Shown: positions 31,646-43,310, numbered from the whole stretch's first letter. The stretch is DNA of 58,998 bases, filler included, from 7 parts of 7 records of this genome joined end to end with filler, not necessarily neighbours in it; one strand, 5' to 3'. Notes: a model not told the origin generated them from the sequence alone. Made by a program: numbers and translations.

Positions 31646-32376
31646 AGATAACTGTTCTTACATTATTCCCTGAGATAATCAGAGGTTTTTTTGAAAGTTC
31701 CATCATGGCAAAGGCTGTTGATCGAGGATTGATTGAATACGAGCTTGTGGATTTTCGGGAGTTTACGACCGATAAACACAGGACCTGTGATGATTATCCT
31801 TACGGCGGCGGCGCAGGTATGGTGCTGAAAGCAGAGCCTATTGCCCGGGCTCTTGATTCTATGAATCGGGAGAAGGCAAGGGTGATTTTCCCCTCCCCCT
31901 CGGGGCCGCTGTTCAATCAGAAGATGGCCCGTGAGCTGGCAGAAGAAGAGCATATTGTGCTCCTCTGCGGCCGATACGAAGGGGTTGATCAGCGCATCAT
32001 AGATGAATATATTGATGATGAGGTCAGTATAGGCGATTACGTAATCTCCTCCGGAGAAGTTGCCTCCCTCGTCCTTATCGACGGTATATACCGGCTGCTG
32101 GACGGTGTAATCAGCAGCGACTCTCTTGAAGAGGAGAGTTTTGAAAACGGGATACTTGAGTATCCACATTACACCCGTCCCGAAGTTTTCAAGGGACAAG
32201 GGGTTCCGGAAGTTCTGCTTTCGGGGCACCATGAGAATATCAGGAAATGGCGGCTTCGAAAGGGGCTTGAGAAAACGCAAAAAAACAGGCCGGATCTGCT
32301 TGAGTCTGGGGATTTCAACGATGAAGTACGTGAGATTCTACTAGGTCTGGAGCTTGCTGACGACAAGGAAGGTTGA
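31642..32376 (+). CDS. trmD: tRNA (guanine-N1)-methyltransferase
   Basis: [35 protein letters not shown]. Confidence 0.97.
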   Translation: MKITVLTLFPEIIRGFFESSIMAKAVDRGLIEYELVDFREFTTDKHRTCDDYPYGGGAGMVLKAEPIARALDSMNREKARVIFPSPSGPLFNQKMARELAEEEHIVLLCGRYEGVDQRIIDEYIDDEVSIGDYVISSGEVASLVLIDGIYRLLDGVISSDSLEEESFENGILEYPHYTRPEVFKGQGVPEVLLSGHHENIRKWRLRKGLEKTQKNRPDLLESGDFNDEVREILLGLELADDKEG

Positions 32377-32378
32377 AT

Positions 32379-32734
32379 ATGGACTTGATTAAAGAGATCG
32401 AACAGGAACAGATTAGAGAAGATGCCTTGGACTTCAAGGTTGGAGATACCGTTAAGGTTCACTTTAAAATTATTGAAGGAGCCACCGAGAGGGTTCAGGT
32501 TTACGAAGGATTGGTAATTGCCATTAAAAACGGCGGCGCCCGAAAGACTTTCACCGTAAGAAAGATCTCCTATGGTGTCGGTGTTGAGAGGATTTTTCCC
32601 TTCAACTCCCCCAAGGTAGAAAGGGTCGAAGTTGTACGTTACGGCCGGGTAAGACGGGCTAAACTGTACTACATCAGAGACAGAGTTGGTAAGTCCGCCA
32701 AGGTCAAGGAACTCATCAGGAAAAAAGGGTATAA
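32379..32734 (+). CDS. rplS: 50S ribosomal protein L19 (stop probably masked by a homopolymer deletion)
   Basis: [36 protein letters not shown]; one extra A in AGGAAAAAAGGGTATAA gives ...IRKKRV*. Confidence 0.9.
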
Positions 32735-32750
32735 CTCCTCCGCAAGGAAG

Positions 32751-33781
32751 ATGATATCCATACAGTCCAGTCTCATACATAATAAAATCGCCGGTTTGGG
32801 TAAGCAGCTCAAGCACGGCGATTTTGTTGTTCTAAAGGTTATTTCCGGTTCCGGTAAAAGCTATCAGATAAGTATAAACGGAACTCTTCTGCCTGTTAAA
32901 TCTGATTTGAAGTTGAAGGTCGGAGACATTTTAAGGGTCAGGATTATAAAAACAGAAGATAAGCTGGAATTTAAACTTGTCGATCCTTCTAAAAAAGGGA
33001 TACCTGCGGGTTTTTCCGGTTTTGACTCCGGGGGTCTCCAGGATGAGAAGGGTGCTGAAAAAATCCTGAAAGCTTTTCTACGATCAGGCCTTCCTCTTAA
33101 TCCGGAATTGTTGAATAAGCTGCCGACGACGGTAAAACGAAAAGCCGGCGAGAATGATACTACTGCGCGGCTCCTTTCTCTCCTTCTAAAAAAAGGCATA
33201 ACCCCGACAGAGACTGGTTTAAGTGCCCTCTATTCCCTCATGGATCAGGGGAATACCCGGGGAGAACATCATCATAGGAGAGAAGGACAGGAGCGGCCTG
33301 AGGATGGTAAAAAGCTGAAGCCCGGGGAGATAGAAAAAAGCCTGAAGGGCCAGTGGACTGCCGGGAATAAGGAAAATCCGCTCCATCTTTTTAATCATAT
33401 ATCCTCCTCCGATGGGCACTGGATGCTTCTGCCTTTTGCCCCAGGCGAGGGTGAAGGCAGGCTGGAAGGGACACTTTCTGTGTTCATTCGAAAAGGGTCC
33501 TCTGTACCCGAAACGGCCTGTATACGCTGTTTTCAGGGAGGAAAGGGGTTGGATTTTTTCCTCCGATGGAACGGAGACGGTTCAGGCCGGCATATTCTTC
33601 TCACTGAGACGGAAGATGGAACCGCCCCCCTTTTGAAGAGAAAAAATGGTTAAAATTTAAAGAAAAACTGCAAAACCTCGGAGTAAAACTGGTCGATACT
33701 AATAAGGATGGTGCTGTGTTTGACGGGTTTTCCGTGGAGACGGAAATTCCGGTTCGAACGGGCATTGAGAGGTTCGGCTGA
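32751..33781 (+). CDS. Hypothetical protein, possibly FliK-like partner of the FlhB-like gene (frameshift near 33625)
   Basis: Own AGGAAG RBS and ATG 32751; a one-base repair extends the frame to a TGA overlapping the next ATG at 33781. Confidence 0.55.
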
Positions 33782-34041
33782 TGAATATAAGTGAAGCGGC
33801 CGCAATCCGGTATTTTAAGGGAGACAAGGCTCCGGTTCTTTTATGCAAGGGTCGGAATCAGCTGGCAGAAAGGCTTAAAAAAGAGGCTGAAGCCCTTGGT
33901 ATTCCTCTTGTACAGGATGAAGAATTATTAAGAGGAGTTCTTGAGCTGGCACCTATGGAGTACATCCCTGAGGAGATGTATATGGTGGTTGCTGAAATCT
34001 TGAGCTTCGTATATGCTCAGGGGAACGGAAAACAGGAATGA
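33781..34041 (+). CDS. FlhB C-terminal-like (EscU/YscU/HrcU family) small protein
   Basis: AAAIRY...APVLLCKG...IPLVQD...IPEEMYMVVAEILSFVY. Confidence 0.85.
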   Translation: MNISEAAAIRYFKGDKAPVLLCKGRNQLAERLKKEAEALGIPLVQDEELLRGVLELAPMEYIPEEMYMVVAEILSFVYAQGNGKQE

Positions 34042-34481
34042 AATCGATAAGTATTGATCAAATAAAACCCGGAATGGCTTTCAGCAGAGATGTCTTTATC
34101 GAAGACGATACTCTTTTTACTCCTGCTAAAAAACCGATTAAGGAAAAGGACCTTGACAGGATCCGCGGCTGGGGTATAACGGAAATTCAAACAGATGGGG
34201 TTGATTATAAGCAGGAATCGGAAGTTTCTGCGTCACCCAGTCCCGGGAGAGGTGTCTCGACCGCTGATACCGAAAAGATAAGGTCTCTTTACAACACGGC
34301 CGTCGTGAATCTTTTGACCCTCTTTGTGGCCTTTGAGGCAAAGAAGCCGACCGAAGCGAAATCCTATAGGGATATCCTGGACACGATATTTCCTTTTGTC
34401 ATTTCAAATCCTGAAAGCTGGCTCAACTATGCTCTGGAAGCTCGACGTGATGAGAATAATCCTGCCCAGAATGCTGTGAAT
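34038..34481 (+). CDS. Probable HD-GYP domain protein, 5' fragment
   Basis: ISIDQIKPGMAFSRDV N-terminus typical of HD-GYP proteins; truncated before the HD motif. Confidence 0.5.
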
Positions 34482-34581
34482 NNNNNNNNNNNNNNNNNNN
34501 NNNNNNNNNNNNNNNNNNNNNNNNNTTAATTAATTAANNNNNNNNNNNNNNNNNNNNNNNNNNNNNNNNNNNNNNNNNNNN
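34482..34581. other. Artificial contig linker
   Basis: N-run, TTAATTAATTAA, N-run. Confidence 0.98.
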
Positions 34582-35899
34582 TTCCGGCGGGTTTGTCATC
34601 GTTCAGGTGGAGCGAATTGCCGAAAAAGGAACGCTCAACTCAAGGAACGTCAAGATCCCGGGCATCATGGTCGACTGTGTGGTGCAATCCAAACCGGAAA
34701 ACCATCATCAGACATTTGCCGAAATTTATGATCCCTCCTACAGTGGAGAGATTCGAGTACCGGTCCAGTCTCTGCCTCCCATGGAGATGGGAGAGCGTAA
34801 AATCATTGCCAGACGTGCCGCCTTTGAACTCAATGCCAATGACATCGTGAACCTGGGTATCGGCATGCCCGAAGGAGTCTCTCAGGTGGCCAATGAAGAG
34901 AAAATTCTGGATTACCTCACATTGACGGCTGAGCCCGGCGTCATCGGCGGTCTTCCGGCAGGCGGCCTCGACTTCGGTGCGGCCATCAATACGGAAGCGC
35001 TCATCGACCAGCCGTCACAGTTTGATTTCTATGACGGTGGCGGGCTCGATATCGCTTTTCTCGGCTTGGCCCAGTCCGATCGACACGGCAACCTCAACGT
35101 GAGTAAATTCGGTCCCAAATTGGCCGGTGCCGGCGGATTCATAAATATCAGCCAGAATGCCAAAAAAGTCATTTTCATGGGCACGTTTACTGTCGGAGGG
35201 CTGAAAGTCTCCATCTCAGACGACGGCAAACTCTCCATTGACCAGGAAGGTCGGATGGAAAAATTCATCGACCATGTGGAGCATGTCACTTTCAGCGGCA
35301 ACTACGCCATGAAACGGGGACAATATGTTCTCTACATCACTGAACGATGCGTGTTCAGACTGACCCCCCAAGGGATGCTGCTGACGGAAATCGCTCCCGG
35401 TATCGATCTCGAAAAGGATATCCTGGACCGTATGGTATTCAAGCCACTTGTTTTAGATCCCATCGGTACCATGGATCCCAGAATTTTCCAACACGACCCC
35501 ATGGGCCTGAAGGATGACATCACCAAATTGCCTTTGGAGGAACGCCTTACCTATCACGAAGATGAGAATCTCTTCTTTGTCAACTTCGAAGGCTTTTCCG
35601 TTCGCAGCATGGATGATGTCAACAAAATCCGTTTCATGGTGGAGACCATTGTCAAACCTCTTGGTCAAAAGGTTTATACCATTGTCAACTATGATAATTT
35701 CCATATTCATCCGGACCTGCTCCATGAGTATACCACCATGGTCAAGGGACTGGTGGATCACTTCTATACCGGCGTCACTCGATATACCTCCAGTGCATTT
35801 CATCGTATGAAATTGGGGGATGCGCTGCAAGAGCAAAACGTGATCCCCCATATTTATGCCACTAAAGCGGAAGCAAATCACGCATTGAAAAAGCTATAA
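34582..35899 (+). CDS. Acyl-CoA:acetate CoA-transferase (YdiF/propionate CoA-transferase family), 5'-truncated
   Basis: VNLGIGMPE, LTAEPG (catalytic Glu), QFDFYDGGG, GAGGFINI, YITERCVF. Confidence 0.9.
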
Positions 35900-35981
35900 T
35901 AAACACAATTTTTGATTTTTTTTCAAATTTGAGGTATCCATCGAATCAAAATAAATTTGGGGTATAAGTGAGATGTCGATA

Positions 35982-36010
35982 GGTAGGGGCACCCATTGGG
36001 TTGCCCTTAC
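35982..36010. repeat. REP-like GTAG palindrome / hairpin
   Basis: GTAGGGGCACCCATTGGGTTGCCCTTAC imperfect palindrome in the intergenic gap. Confidence 0.5.
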
Positions 36011-36037
36011 TTTCTTTAATGTGGTAGAGCGGAGCGG

Positions 36038-38707
36038 ATGTTGAATAAAAAGAATGAGCTGAATAAACCGGAGACCATTATCACCAGTCATGTGAACTCC
36101 GATTTTGACTCTGTGGCGTCCATGCTGGCAGCCCAGAAGCTCTACTCGGACTCCGTGGTGATCTTTCCCGGCTCCCAGGAGAAAAATCTCAGGGATTTTT
36201 TCATCAGCTCCACCAGCTACCTTTTCAATATGGCGTCACCGGACAACATTGATTTTTCCAGTGTGCACCGGCTGGTGCTGGTGGATACCCGTCAGAAGAA
36301 GCGTCTTCCTCCCGTCATTAAAGAACGCCTGATCGATCGTTCCGATCTTTCCCTTCACATCTACGATCACCACCCCAAACATGGCGATGACCTGGTGGGC
36401 ACGTTGGAAAGATGCGATGCCACCGGTGCCACCGTCACCATCCTCACCGAGATTTTAAAAGAAAATGAGATCTCTCTAACTCCGGAAGAGGCAACCGTCA
36501 TGGCGTTGGGGATCTATGAAGATACCGGTTCATTCACCTTCACCTCCACCACCGAGGCCGATTTTCATGCCATGGCCTACCTGCTCTCAAAAGGAGCCAA
36601 TCTCAGCACCATTTCAGATATGATGGTCAAGGAGATTCGATCGGATCAGATTACCTGGCTCAATGCGCTATTGAGTGAAATTGTCCATCATCGAATCAAC
36701 GGGTTTGATATCCACATCTCGACCATTTCCTCATCCGCGTACATTCCGGACCTGGCCACGATTGTCCAGAAATTGATGAAAATAGAGGAACTGGATGTAC
36801 TCTTTGCCATTGTGCTCATGGAAAACAAAATCACCGTGGTGGCCAGAAGCCGCATCGATGAGGCAAATGTCGGTCAAATTCTCTCACAGCTGGGGGGCGG
36901 TGGCCACCCGTTTGCCGCCTCGGCAAAGATCACCGATAAAACCCTGGCCCAGGTGGAGCAGGAACTGCTCGATATTCTGGAGAAAAAAGTCCATGGACAG
37001 GATATTGTCAAAGAGCTGATGTCCTCTCCTCCCATCCTCATCGATACCATGATGCCCTGCCGGAGAGCCAGCCGATTGATGACCCGGTACAACATCAACT
37101 CTTTATTGGTCTATCAGGACGATAAAAACAACATCACCGGATTCATTACCCGGCAGATCATTGAAAAAACCCTCTATCACAAGCTGGATCACCTTCCTGT
37201 GAATGAATATATGCACACGGAGTTTTCCGACATCTCTCCGGAAGCCCAATTACCCGAAATTCAGCATAAAATCATTGAGGGAAAACAGCGTATCCTGCCG
37301 GTCATGGAAAAAGATCGATTGATCGGGGTGGTGACACGCACCGATCTGTTCAATTTTCTGCTTTCTCAGAACAAAAGAATGTTGAAAAGTGAACTGGAAT
37401 CTGAGCATGCCGTCCGCCATGCCAAACAGCGAAATATTTTGCCTTTCATCAATGAACGGCTGGACAGCAAATTCATTGCGCTGTTGCGGGAAATCGGCAG
37501 GGCCGGCGATCAATTGAATGTCGACCTTTACGTGGTGGGCGGATTTGTCCGGGATTTGATGCTCTACCGAAACAGCGAGGACATCGATGTGGTGGTGGAG
37601 GGGGACGGAATTGCCTTTGCCCGTCATCTGACCCGGCTCAAGAGTGGCCACTGCAATACCCACAGGGAGTTTGGAACGGCGGTGGTCATCCTGCCCGACG
37701 GATTCAAGATCGATGTGGCATCGGCCCGGATGGAGTATTACAAGTCACCGGCCGCATTGCCCACTGTGGAGATGAGTTCCATCAAGCTGGATCTGTTCCG
37801 CCGGGATTTTACCATCAACACGTTGGCCATTACGTTGAACAGTGACGGCTTCGGCACATTGATCGATTTCTTCGGTGCCCAAAGGGATTTGAAGGACAAA
37901 ACCATCCGAATCATCCACAACCACAGCTTTGTGGAGGATCCCACCCGCATCTTCCGGGCCATCAAATTTGCCAATCGGTTCAACTTTGTCATTGGAAAGC
38001 TTACAGCCAACTTGATTCGAAATGCGGTAAAGATCGATTTTTTCAAGAATCTGAGCGGTCGCCGGGTTTTTTCCGAGATCAGGCAGATCTTGGAGGAAGA
38101 GAATCCCATTGATGCCATTCTGCTGCTCAATGAGTACAATTTGGTTAAAGTGATCCACCCGGAACTGATTCTGGATAACGGCATTCTTGACATGATGGCG
38201 TCGGTGAAAAAGACATTGGCATGGCATGATCTGTTATATCTGGATCTGCCCTATCTGCGCTGGTCCGTCTATTTCATGGTGATGTTGAAACGGTGTCCGG
38301 TCAGGGTGGGGGAAGAGATCTGCACCAAGTTCAGATTTGCCCCTCGTAACAAAACAGCGGTCATCCGGGATCGCCTCAGGGCCGACGATCGCTTGTACCT
38401 GCTTGAGAGAATGCTGCCATGCTCCGATAGCAAGCTCTACAATTTGTTGGCGGTGTTCAAGACCGAGCATATCCTTTATATGATGGCGACAGCCAAAAAG
38501 GAAGAGACCCGAAAAGCGATCTCCTACTATTATACTCAGCTCAAAGATACTGAGATTTTTGTCCGTGGAAGAGATTTGGTCAAAATGGGAATTTCACCGG
38601 GACCGAAATTCAGTGAAATCATGCAAAAAGTGCTGGAGGCCAAGCTTGACGGTCAAATAGAGTCTCTGGAAGAAGAGCTGGAATATGTAGCGTCCCTCAA
38701 TCCATAA
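36038..38707 (+). CDS. tRNA nucleotidyltransferase with DHH/DHHA1 and CBS domains
   Basis: HVNSDFD, YDHH, GGGHPFAAS, two CBS repeats, VGGFVRD, DIDVV, RRDFTIN, EDPTRIFRA. Confidence 0.9.
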   Translation: MLNKKNELNKPETIITSHVNSDFDSVASMLAAQKLYSDSVVIFPGSQEKNLRDFFISSTSYLFNMASPDNIDFSSVHRLVLVDTRQKKRLPPVIKERLIDRSDLSLHIYDHHPKHGDDLVGTLERCDATGATVTILTEILKENEISLTPEEATVMALGIYEDTGSFTFTSTTEADFHAMAYLLSKGANLSTISDMMVKEIRSDQITWLNALLSEIVHHRINGFDIHISTISSSAYIPDLATIVQKLMKIEELDVLFAIVLMENKITVVARSRIDEANVGQILSQLGGGGHPFAASAKITDKTLAQVEQELLDILEKKVHGQDIVKELMSSPPILIDTMMPCRRASRLMTRYNINSLLVYQDDKNNITGFITRQIIEKTLYHKLDHLPVNEYMHTEFSDISPEAQLPEIQHKIIEGKQRILPVMEKDRLIGVVTRTDLFNFLLSQNKRMLKSELESEHAVRHAKQRNILPFINERLDSKFIALLREIGRAGDQLNVDLYVVGGFVRDLMLYRNSEDIDVVVEGDGIAFARHLTRLKSGHCNTHREFGTAVVILPDGFKIDVASARMEYYKSPAALPTVEMSSIKLDLFRRDFTINTLAITLNSDGFGTLIDFFGAQRDLKDKTIRIIHNHSFVEDPTRIFRAIKFANRFNFVIGKLTANLIRNAVKIDFFKNLSGRRVFSEIRQILEEENPIDAILLLNEYNLVKVIHPELILDNGILDMMASVKKTLAWHDLLYLDLPYLRWSVYFMVMLKRCPVRVGEEICTKFRFAPRNKTAVIRDRLRADDRLYLLERMLPCSDSKLYNLLAVFKTEHILYMMATAKKEETRKAISYYYTQLKDTEIFVRGRDLVKMGISPGPKFSEIMQKVLEAKLDGQIESLEEELEYVASLNP

Positions 38708-38784
38708 CCGGATTTATTTTTACTAATGGTTAAAGCAAGACAACCTTTGTCTTAATAGTTTAGAACGATCAGGAAAAGAGTTAA

Positions 38785-39804
38785 ATGAGCATACCCAAAA
38801 ACAACGCCGATACTCTCACCGGCATTACGACTACCGGAACCCCTCACCTTGGAAACTATGTGGGAGCCATCCGCCCGGCCATTGAATCCAGCCGGGAAGA
38901 AGGAACGCGATCCTACTACTTTCTTGCCGATTACCACGCGATCATTAAATGTCAGGATCCCGAGCGAATCCGAAAATCCGCCTTGGAACTGGCAGCCACC
39001 TGGATCGCTATGGGGTTGGATACAAACAAAGCGATCTTCTACCGCCAAACCGATATCCCGGAAATTCCGGAGCTCACCTGGATCCTCACCTGCATGACCG
39101 CCAAGGGACTCATGAACCGGGCCCATGCCTATAAAGCCGCTGTCGCAGACAATGAGGCCGCCGGTCGCAAAGATCTGGATAAGGAGATCACCATGGGGCT
39201 TTTCAGTTATCCCATTTTGATGGCTGCCGACATCCTCATGTTCAACGCCAGAAAAGTACCGGTGGGGCGGGATCAGATCCAGCATATCGAAATGACCCGG
39301 GACATTGCCGGACGTTTCAACCATCAGTATGGCGAACACTTCATCCTTCCCGAAGCGGTTGTGGATGAGAGCACGGCGGTCCTCTCAGGTCTTGACGGCA
39401 GAAAAATGAGCAAAAGCTATAACAACACCATTCCACTGTTCGAGTCCGAGAAAAAACTGAGAAAACTGATCATGAAGATCAAGACCAACTCATTGGGCCC
39501 GGAAGAGCCGAAAGATCCGACGGATTGTACCTTGTTTGCTATTTACAAGGCATTTTCAACCCCTGATGAGGCCAAAGCAATGGAAAAGAGATACCAGGAA
39601 GGAATTGCCTGGGGTGCCATGAAGCAGGAACTGTTCGAATATCTCAACGAAATCCTCAAAGGCCCCAGAGAGACCTATCGGAAGTTGATTGAATCACCGG
39701 GGGATCTCGATACATTGTTGAAGCAGGGCGCCGAGAAAGCGCGAGAGTATTCTGTGCCCTTCCTTGCGAATGTTCGAAAGGCCATAGGTATTCAATCGCT
39801 CTAA
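38785..39804 (+). CDS. trpS: Tryptophan--tRNA ligase
   Basis: TTGTPHLGNY, YPILMAADIL, VPVGRDQIQH, KMSKS. Confidence 0.95.
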   Translation: MSIPKNNADTLTGITTTGTPHLGNYVGAIRPAIESSREEGTRSYYFLADYHAIIKCQDPERIRKSALELAATWIAMGLDTNKAIFYRQTDIPEIPELTWILTCMTAKGLMNRAHAYKAAVADNEAAGRKDLDKEITMGLFSYPILMAADILMFNARKVPVGRDQIQHIEMTRDIAGRFNHQYGEHFILPEAVVDESTAVLSGLDGRKMSKSYNNTIPLFESEKKLRKLIMKIKTNSLGPEEPKDPTDCTLFAIYKAFSTPDEAKAMEKRYQEGIAWGAMKQELFEYLNEILKGPRETYRKLIESPGDLDTLLKQGAEKAREYSVPFLANVRKAIGIQSL

Positions 39805-39820
39805 AACACACCTCTGAAGT

Positions 39821-39874
39821 CACGGCTTTTTCGAAGTATTCCAAAAAAAGCCGTGCTTTTATTGAAATACTTCG
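39821..39874 (+). terminator. Hairpin(s) after trpS, probable terminator
   Basis: CACGGCTTTTT/AAAAAGCCGTG stem followed by CTTTTATT; overlapping alternative stem. Confidence 0.45.
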
Positions 39875-39975
39875 TGGCATCCTTCATATCCCCACAAAAG
39901 TAGTTTGCACTTTTTTAGGGAAAGCCCCTAAAAAACGGAGATCAACTTCAGAAAGTGTAAAGTAGTCGTGAAGGA

Positions 39976-40075
39976 NNNNNNNNNNNNNNNNNNNNNNNNN
40001 NNNNNNNNNNNNNNNNNNNTTAATTAATTAANNNNNNNNNNNNNNNNNNNNNNNNNNNNNNNNNNNNNNNNNNNN
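39976..40075. other. Artificial contig linker
   Basis: N-run, TTAATTAATTAA, N-run. Confidence 0.98.
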
Positions 40076-40364
40076 TGCGGGAATATGGTCCGATTTGCCG
40101 ATTTCACAATGGGTTCATTACTAAGTTTGACAGGTTCCTGCTAAAAGACGCTGGACAATTAATGAATTGCATGCGGCGATTTTGCGCATCTCACGTCGCG
40201 CTCGTTTCTTGCATTTTGACAAGCGGCAAGTATACCTGCAAAGCGTGTCACTGTGCTTGACGTGATCTGATTCGCAGTTGCAGTTTTCGCAGCAAAGTTT
40301 CATAAATAAACCGGGCTCAATTTGGTTGTCAGGTTTTTGGAAAAATACCGGGAAAGGCATACCT

Positions 40365-43310
40365 GTGCATAACATCGACAACATGGTTCATGGGTTTAAG
40401 ACGGTTCAGACCGAGGAATTAAAAGAGATTAACGCCACTTTATTCAAACTCCAACATCAAAAAACAGGTGCACGTTACACCCACCTGGCGACGGACGATT
40501 CAGAAAACCTTTTCGGCGTAGGGTTCAGAACCACACCGATGGACTCCACGGGTGTGGCCCATATCCTCGAACATACGGTTCTATGCGGATCCCGCAGATA
40601 TCCGGTCCGGGACATCTTTTTTTCGATGTTGAATCGCAGTCTCAATACGTTTATGAATGCTTTGACTTCGAGTGACTGGACTTTTTATCCTTTCGCGACT
40701 CAGAACTATAAAGATTTCAATAACTTGATGGATGTTTATCTGGACTCGACCTTTTTCCCGCTTTTGCGGGAAAACGATTTCCAGCAGGAGGGCGTCCGCT
40801 TTGAGTTTGCCGAACAAGGAAATATCAACTCTCCGCTGACGGTCAAGGGGGTTGTCTATAACGAAATGAAAGGCGCCATGGCAAATCCGTCCTCGTTGAT
40901 TCACCGGCGTCTGGGGGAAATCCTCTATCCGACCACGACTTATGGGAAAAACTCCGGGGGGGAGCCCAGGGAGATCCTCAAACTGACTTGGGAGGAGCTG
41001 AAATCCTTCCATGAAAAGTATTATCATCCGAGTAATGCCTATTTCTTTTCTTATGGCAATTTTCCGTTGGAAAAAACCCTTGAAAAAGTTGATCGTCAGG
41101 TCCTTCAATATTTTGACACCTTTTCTGTTGACAGTGCCGTCTCTGATGAAGTTCGTCTACAGGAACCCAGGCGCGCGGTGAGAACCTTTCCACTGCACGG
41201 CGGCGAGGCACTGGAAAATCGCTCCATGGTGCAGGTTGGGTGGCTGACCTGCCCTATCTCGGACAATTTCCACCGCCTGGGGCTCACTCTCCTGTCGATT
41301 CTCCTTCTTGGCGACTCCGCGGCGCCTCTTCACAAGGCTCTTATCGATTCTCGTCTTGGGGAGAATATCTGCTCGGGTTCGGGCTATCAGGACGAAAGCC
41401 GGGAAACCTATTTTGCCGCCGGATTGCAGGGAACCAACCCGGAACACTTTGAGGAAATTGAAGAGCTTATTCTGAATTCTCTTGAGGAAACGGCTCGGAA
41501 AGGATTCAGCGAAAGTCGTATAGAATCCGCCATACACCAGCTGGAGTTTGCACACCGCGAAGTGACCGGCGGTCAATATCCCTATGGACTTCTACTTTTG
41601 ATGCGCTTAATCGGTCCCTGGATACATAACGATGACCCGGTGTCATCTCTTCATTTTCAGGAGGATATGGAAAAAATCCGGGTGGCTTTACGCAAAGGGC
41701 CTTTCTTTGAAACTCTGATCCAAGATTATTTATTGAAAAATCCCCACCGGGTTTCCTTGCTTCTTAAGCCCGACCCGGAGCAGGAAAAGCGCGAACAGGC
41801 GGAAACAGAGCAGTATCTAGACACGTTGCGAAGGTCCTATACAAAAGAAAAGGCTGAGGATATTCTTGTCCGAGCTGAAGGGCTCCGGAAATTTCAAGAG
41901 ATGTCCGAGGATGTTTCAATCCTGCCGACGCTCGAGTTATCCGACATTCCGGAAAAAGAAGAAACCTACCCTTCTCTTGGGGCTGAGGTTGCAGGATCGC
42001 CCGTCAATTTATTTGCGCAGCCGACCAATGGGATCAGTTATTTTTCCGCTTATTTCTCGCTGGAAAACCTTCCGGAACATCTGAAGCCTTTCCTCCCCGC
42101 ATTTTCCTTTCTTCTTACCCGAGTGGGTGCGGCAGAAGACGATTATCTGACTCTTGCCGAGAGAATAGCTGCCTATACGGGCGGAGTTCGTGCCGGGACA
42201 CTGATTCTGACGGACCCACGGAACCCAGATTCCTTTTTAGAAATCCTTGAAATAAAAGCGAAAGTCCTTGTCAGGAATCAGGAGGAAATGTTTGATATTC
42301 TTCGAGATATATTGACTTCACCTGATTTTGAAGATTTGAATCGTCTCAAAACAGTTATCGACCAGTTGAAGATATCTCTTGAAAATTCTATATCCGGCTC
42401 CGGCCATCATTTTGCAGCCCGCACGGCCGGCAGTTACCTGTCGGCAGCAGCCCGTCGAAAAGAGGCGTGGGGAGGATTGACTTTTATAGGAAAAGTCAGG
42501 GAATTGGCGGATTTAAGTTCGGATGAACTTCATGAATTTTCGCAAAAACTGAAGGAAATAGCGAGCTTTATCGCAACCCAGGGCCGATATCACTGCTCAG
42601 TTGTGGGCGAAGAAAATCGTCTGGATGGAATCAAGAAATCAATGGCTTCGTTCATGAAAATTTTGCCGCCCAGGTCAGCCTGGTCCGACCCGGTTCCCGA
42701 AGATTTTGATCCCGTTCCGGAGGCAAAGGGATGGTCTGTTTCGCTGCCTGTTTCCTACAATGCCAGGGCTTTTCGAACCATACCTTTTATTCATGAGGAT
42801 AATGCCCCCCTTCTGGTGCTGGCAAAATTGATGCGGACCTGTTTTTTACACCGGGAAATTCGTGAGAAAGGTGGGGCCTATGGAGGTTTTGCTTCATTCG
42901 AGCCGGAAGCAGGGCTGTTCACTTTGCTGTCTTACCGGGACCCGCATTTGAGCCGAACTCTGGGGGTGTTCCGAAAAGCTGTAGACTGGGCTGTTGCCGG
43001 AAGTTTTTCGGATGAGGATGTCAAAGAAGCTGTTCTCGGGGTTTTCAGTGACCTGGACAGGCCGTTGTCGCCCAGCGGTAAAGGGGAGCACGAGACCATT
43101 CTGCATCTAAAAGGCATAACGCCGGAGATGAGGCGGGATCAGCGGAAGAGGATTTTAGCTGTAAACCGTGACAAACTGGTTGAACTGGCGAAAAACTATC
43201 TGTTGGAAGCATGGGATAAGAGTGCCGTGGGGGTCCTTTCCGGGGAAAAAGCGTTGCGGGAGGCCAACAAGAGTCTTGGTGCTGAAAAATTGAAAATTCT
43301 CAAGTTCTGA
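40365..43310 (+). CDS. M16C (presequence protease/insulinase family) metallopeptidase
   Basis: STGVAHILEHTVLCGS (HXXEH), FMNALT, GVVYNEMKG, IREKGGAYG, SYRDP; exact start uncertain. Confidence 0.92.
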   Translation: MHNIDNMVHGFKTVQTEELKEINATLFKLQHQKTGARYTHLATDDSENLFGVGFRTTPMDSTGVAHILEHTVLCGSRRYPVRDIFFSMLNRSLNTFMNALTSSDWTFYPFATQNYKDFNNLMDVYLDSTFFPLLRENDFQQEGVRFEFAEQGNINSPLTVKGVVYNEMKGAMANPSSLIHRRLGEILYPTTTYGKNSGGEPREILKLTWEELKSFHEKYYHPSNAYFFSYGNFPLEKTLEKVDRQVLQYFDTFSVDSAVSDEVRLQEPRRAVRTFPLHGGEALENRSMVQVGWLTCPISDNFHRLGLTLLSILLLGDSAAPLHKALIDSRLGENICSGSGYQDESRETYFAAGLQGTNPEHFEEIEELILNSLEETARKGFSESRIESAIHQLEFAHREVTGGQYPYGLLLLMRLIGPWIHNDDPVSSLHFQEDMEKIRVALRKGPFFETLIQDYLLKNPHRVSLLLKPDPEQEKREQAETEQYLDTLRRSYTKEKAEDILVRAEGLRKFQEMSEDVSILPTLELSDIPEKEETYPSLGAEVAGSPVNLFAQPTNGISYFSAYFSLENLPEHLKPFLPAFSFLLTRVGAAEDDYLTLAERIAAYTGGVRAGTLILTDPRNPDSFLEILEIKAKVLVRNQEEMFDILRDILTSPDFEDLNRLKTVIDQLKISLENSISGSGHHFAARTAGSYLSAAARRKEAWGGLTFIGKVRELADLSSDELHEFSQKLKEIASFIATQGRYHCSVVGEENRLDGIKKSMASFMKILPPRSAWSDPVPEDFDPVPEAKGWSVSLPVSYNARAFRTIPFIHEDNAPLLVLAKLMRTCFLHREIREKGGAYGGFASFEPEAGLFTLLSYRDPHLSRTLGVFRKAVDWAVAGSFSDEDVKEAVLGVFSDLDRPLSPSGKGEHETILHLKGITPEMRRDQRKRILAVNRDKLVELAKNYLLEAWDKSAVGVLSGEKALREANKSLGAEKLKILKF

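Noticed and set aside
32373-33653. Apparent 426-aa fusion of ribosomal protein L19 to an unknown domain
   Set aside because: One extra A in the A6 run gives a normal L19 stop, the downstream part has its own RBS and ATG (32751), and the same error type recurs throughout the window.
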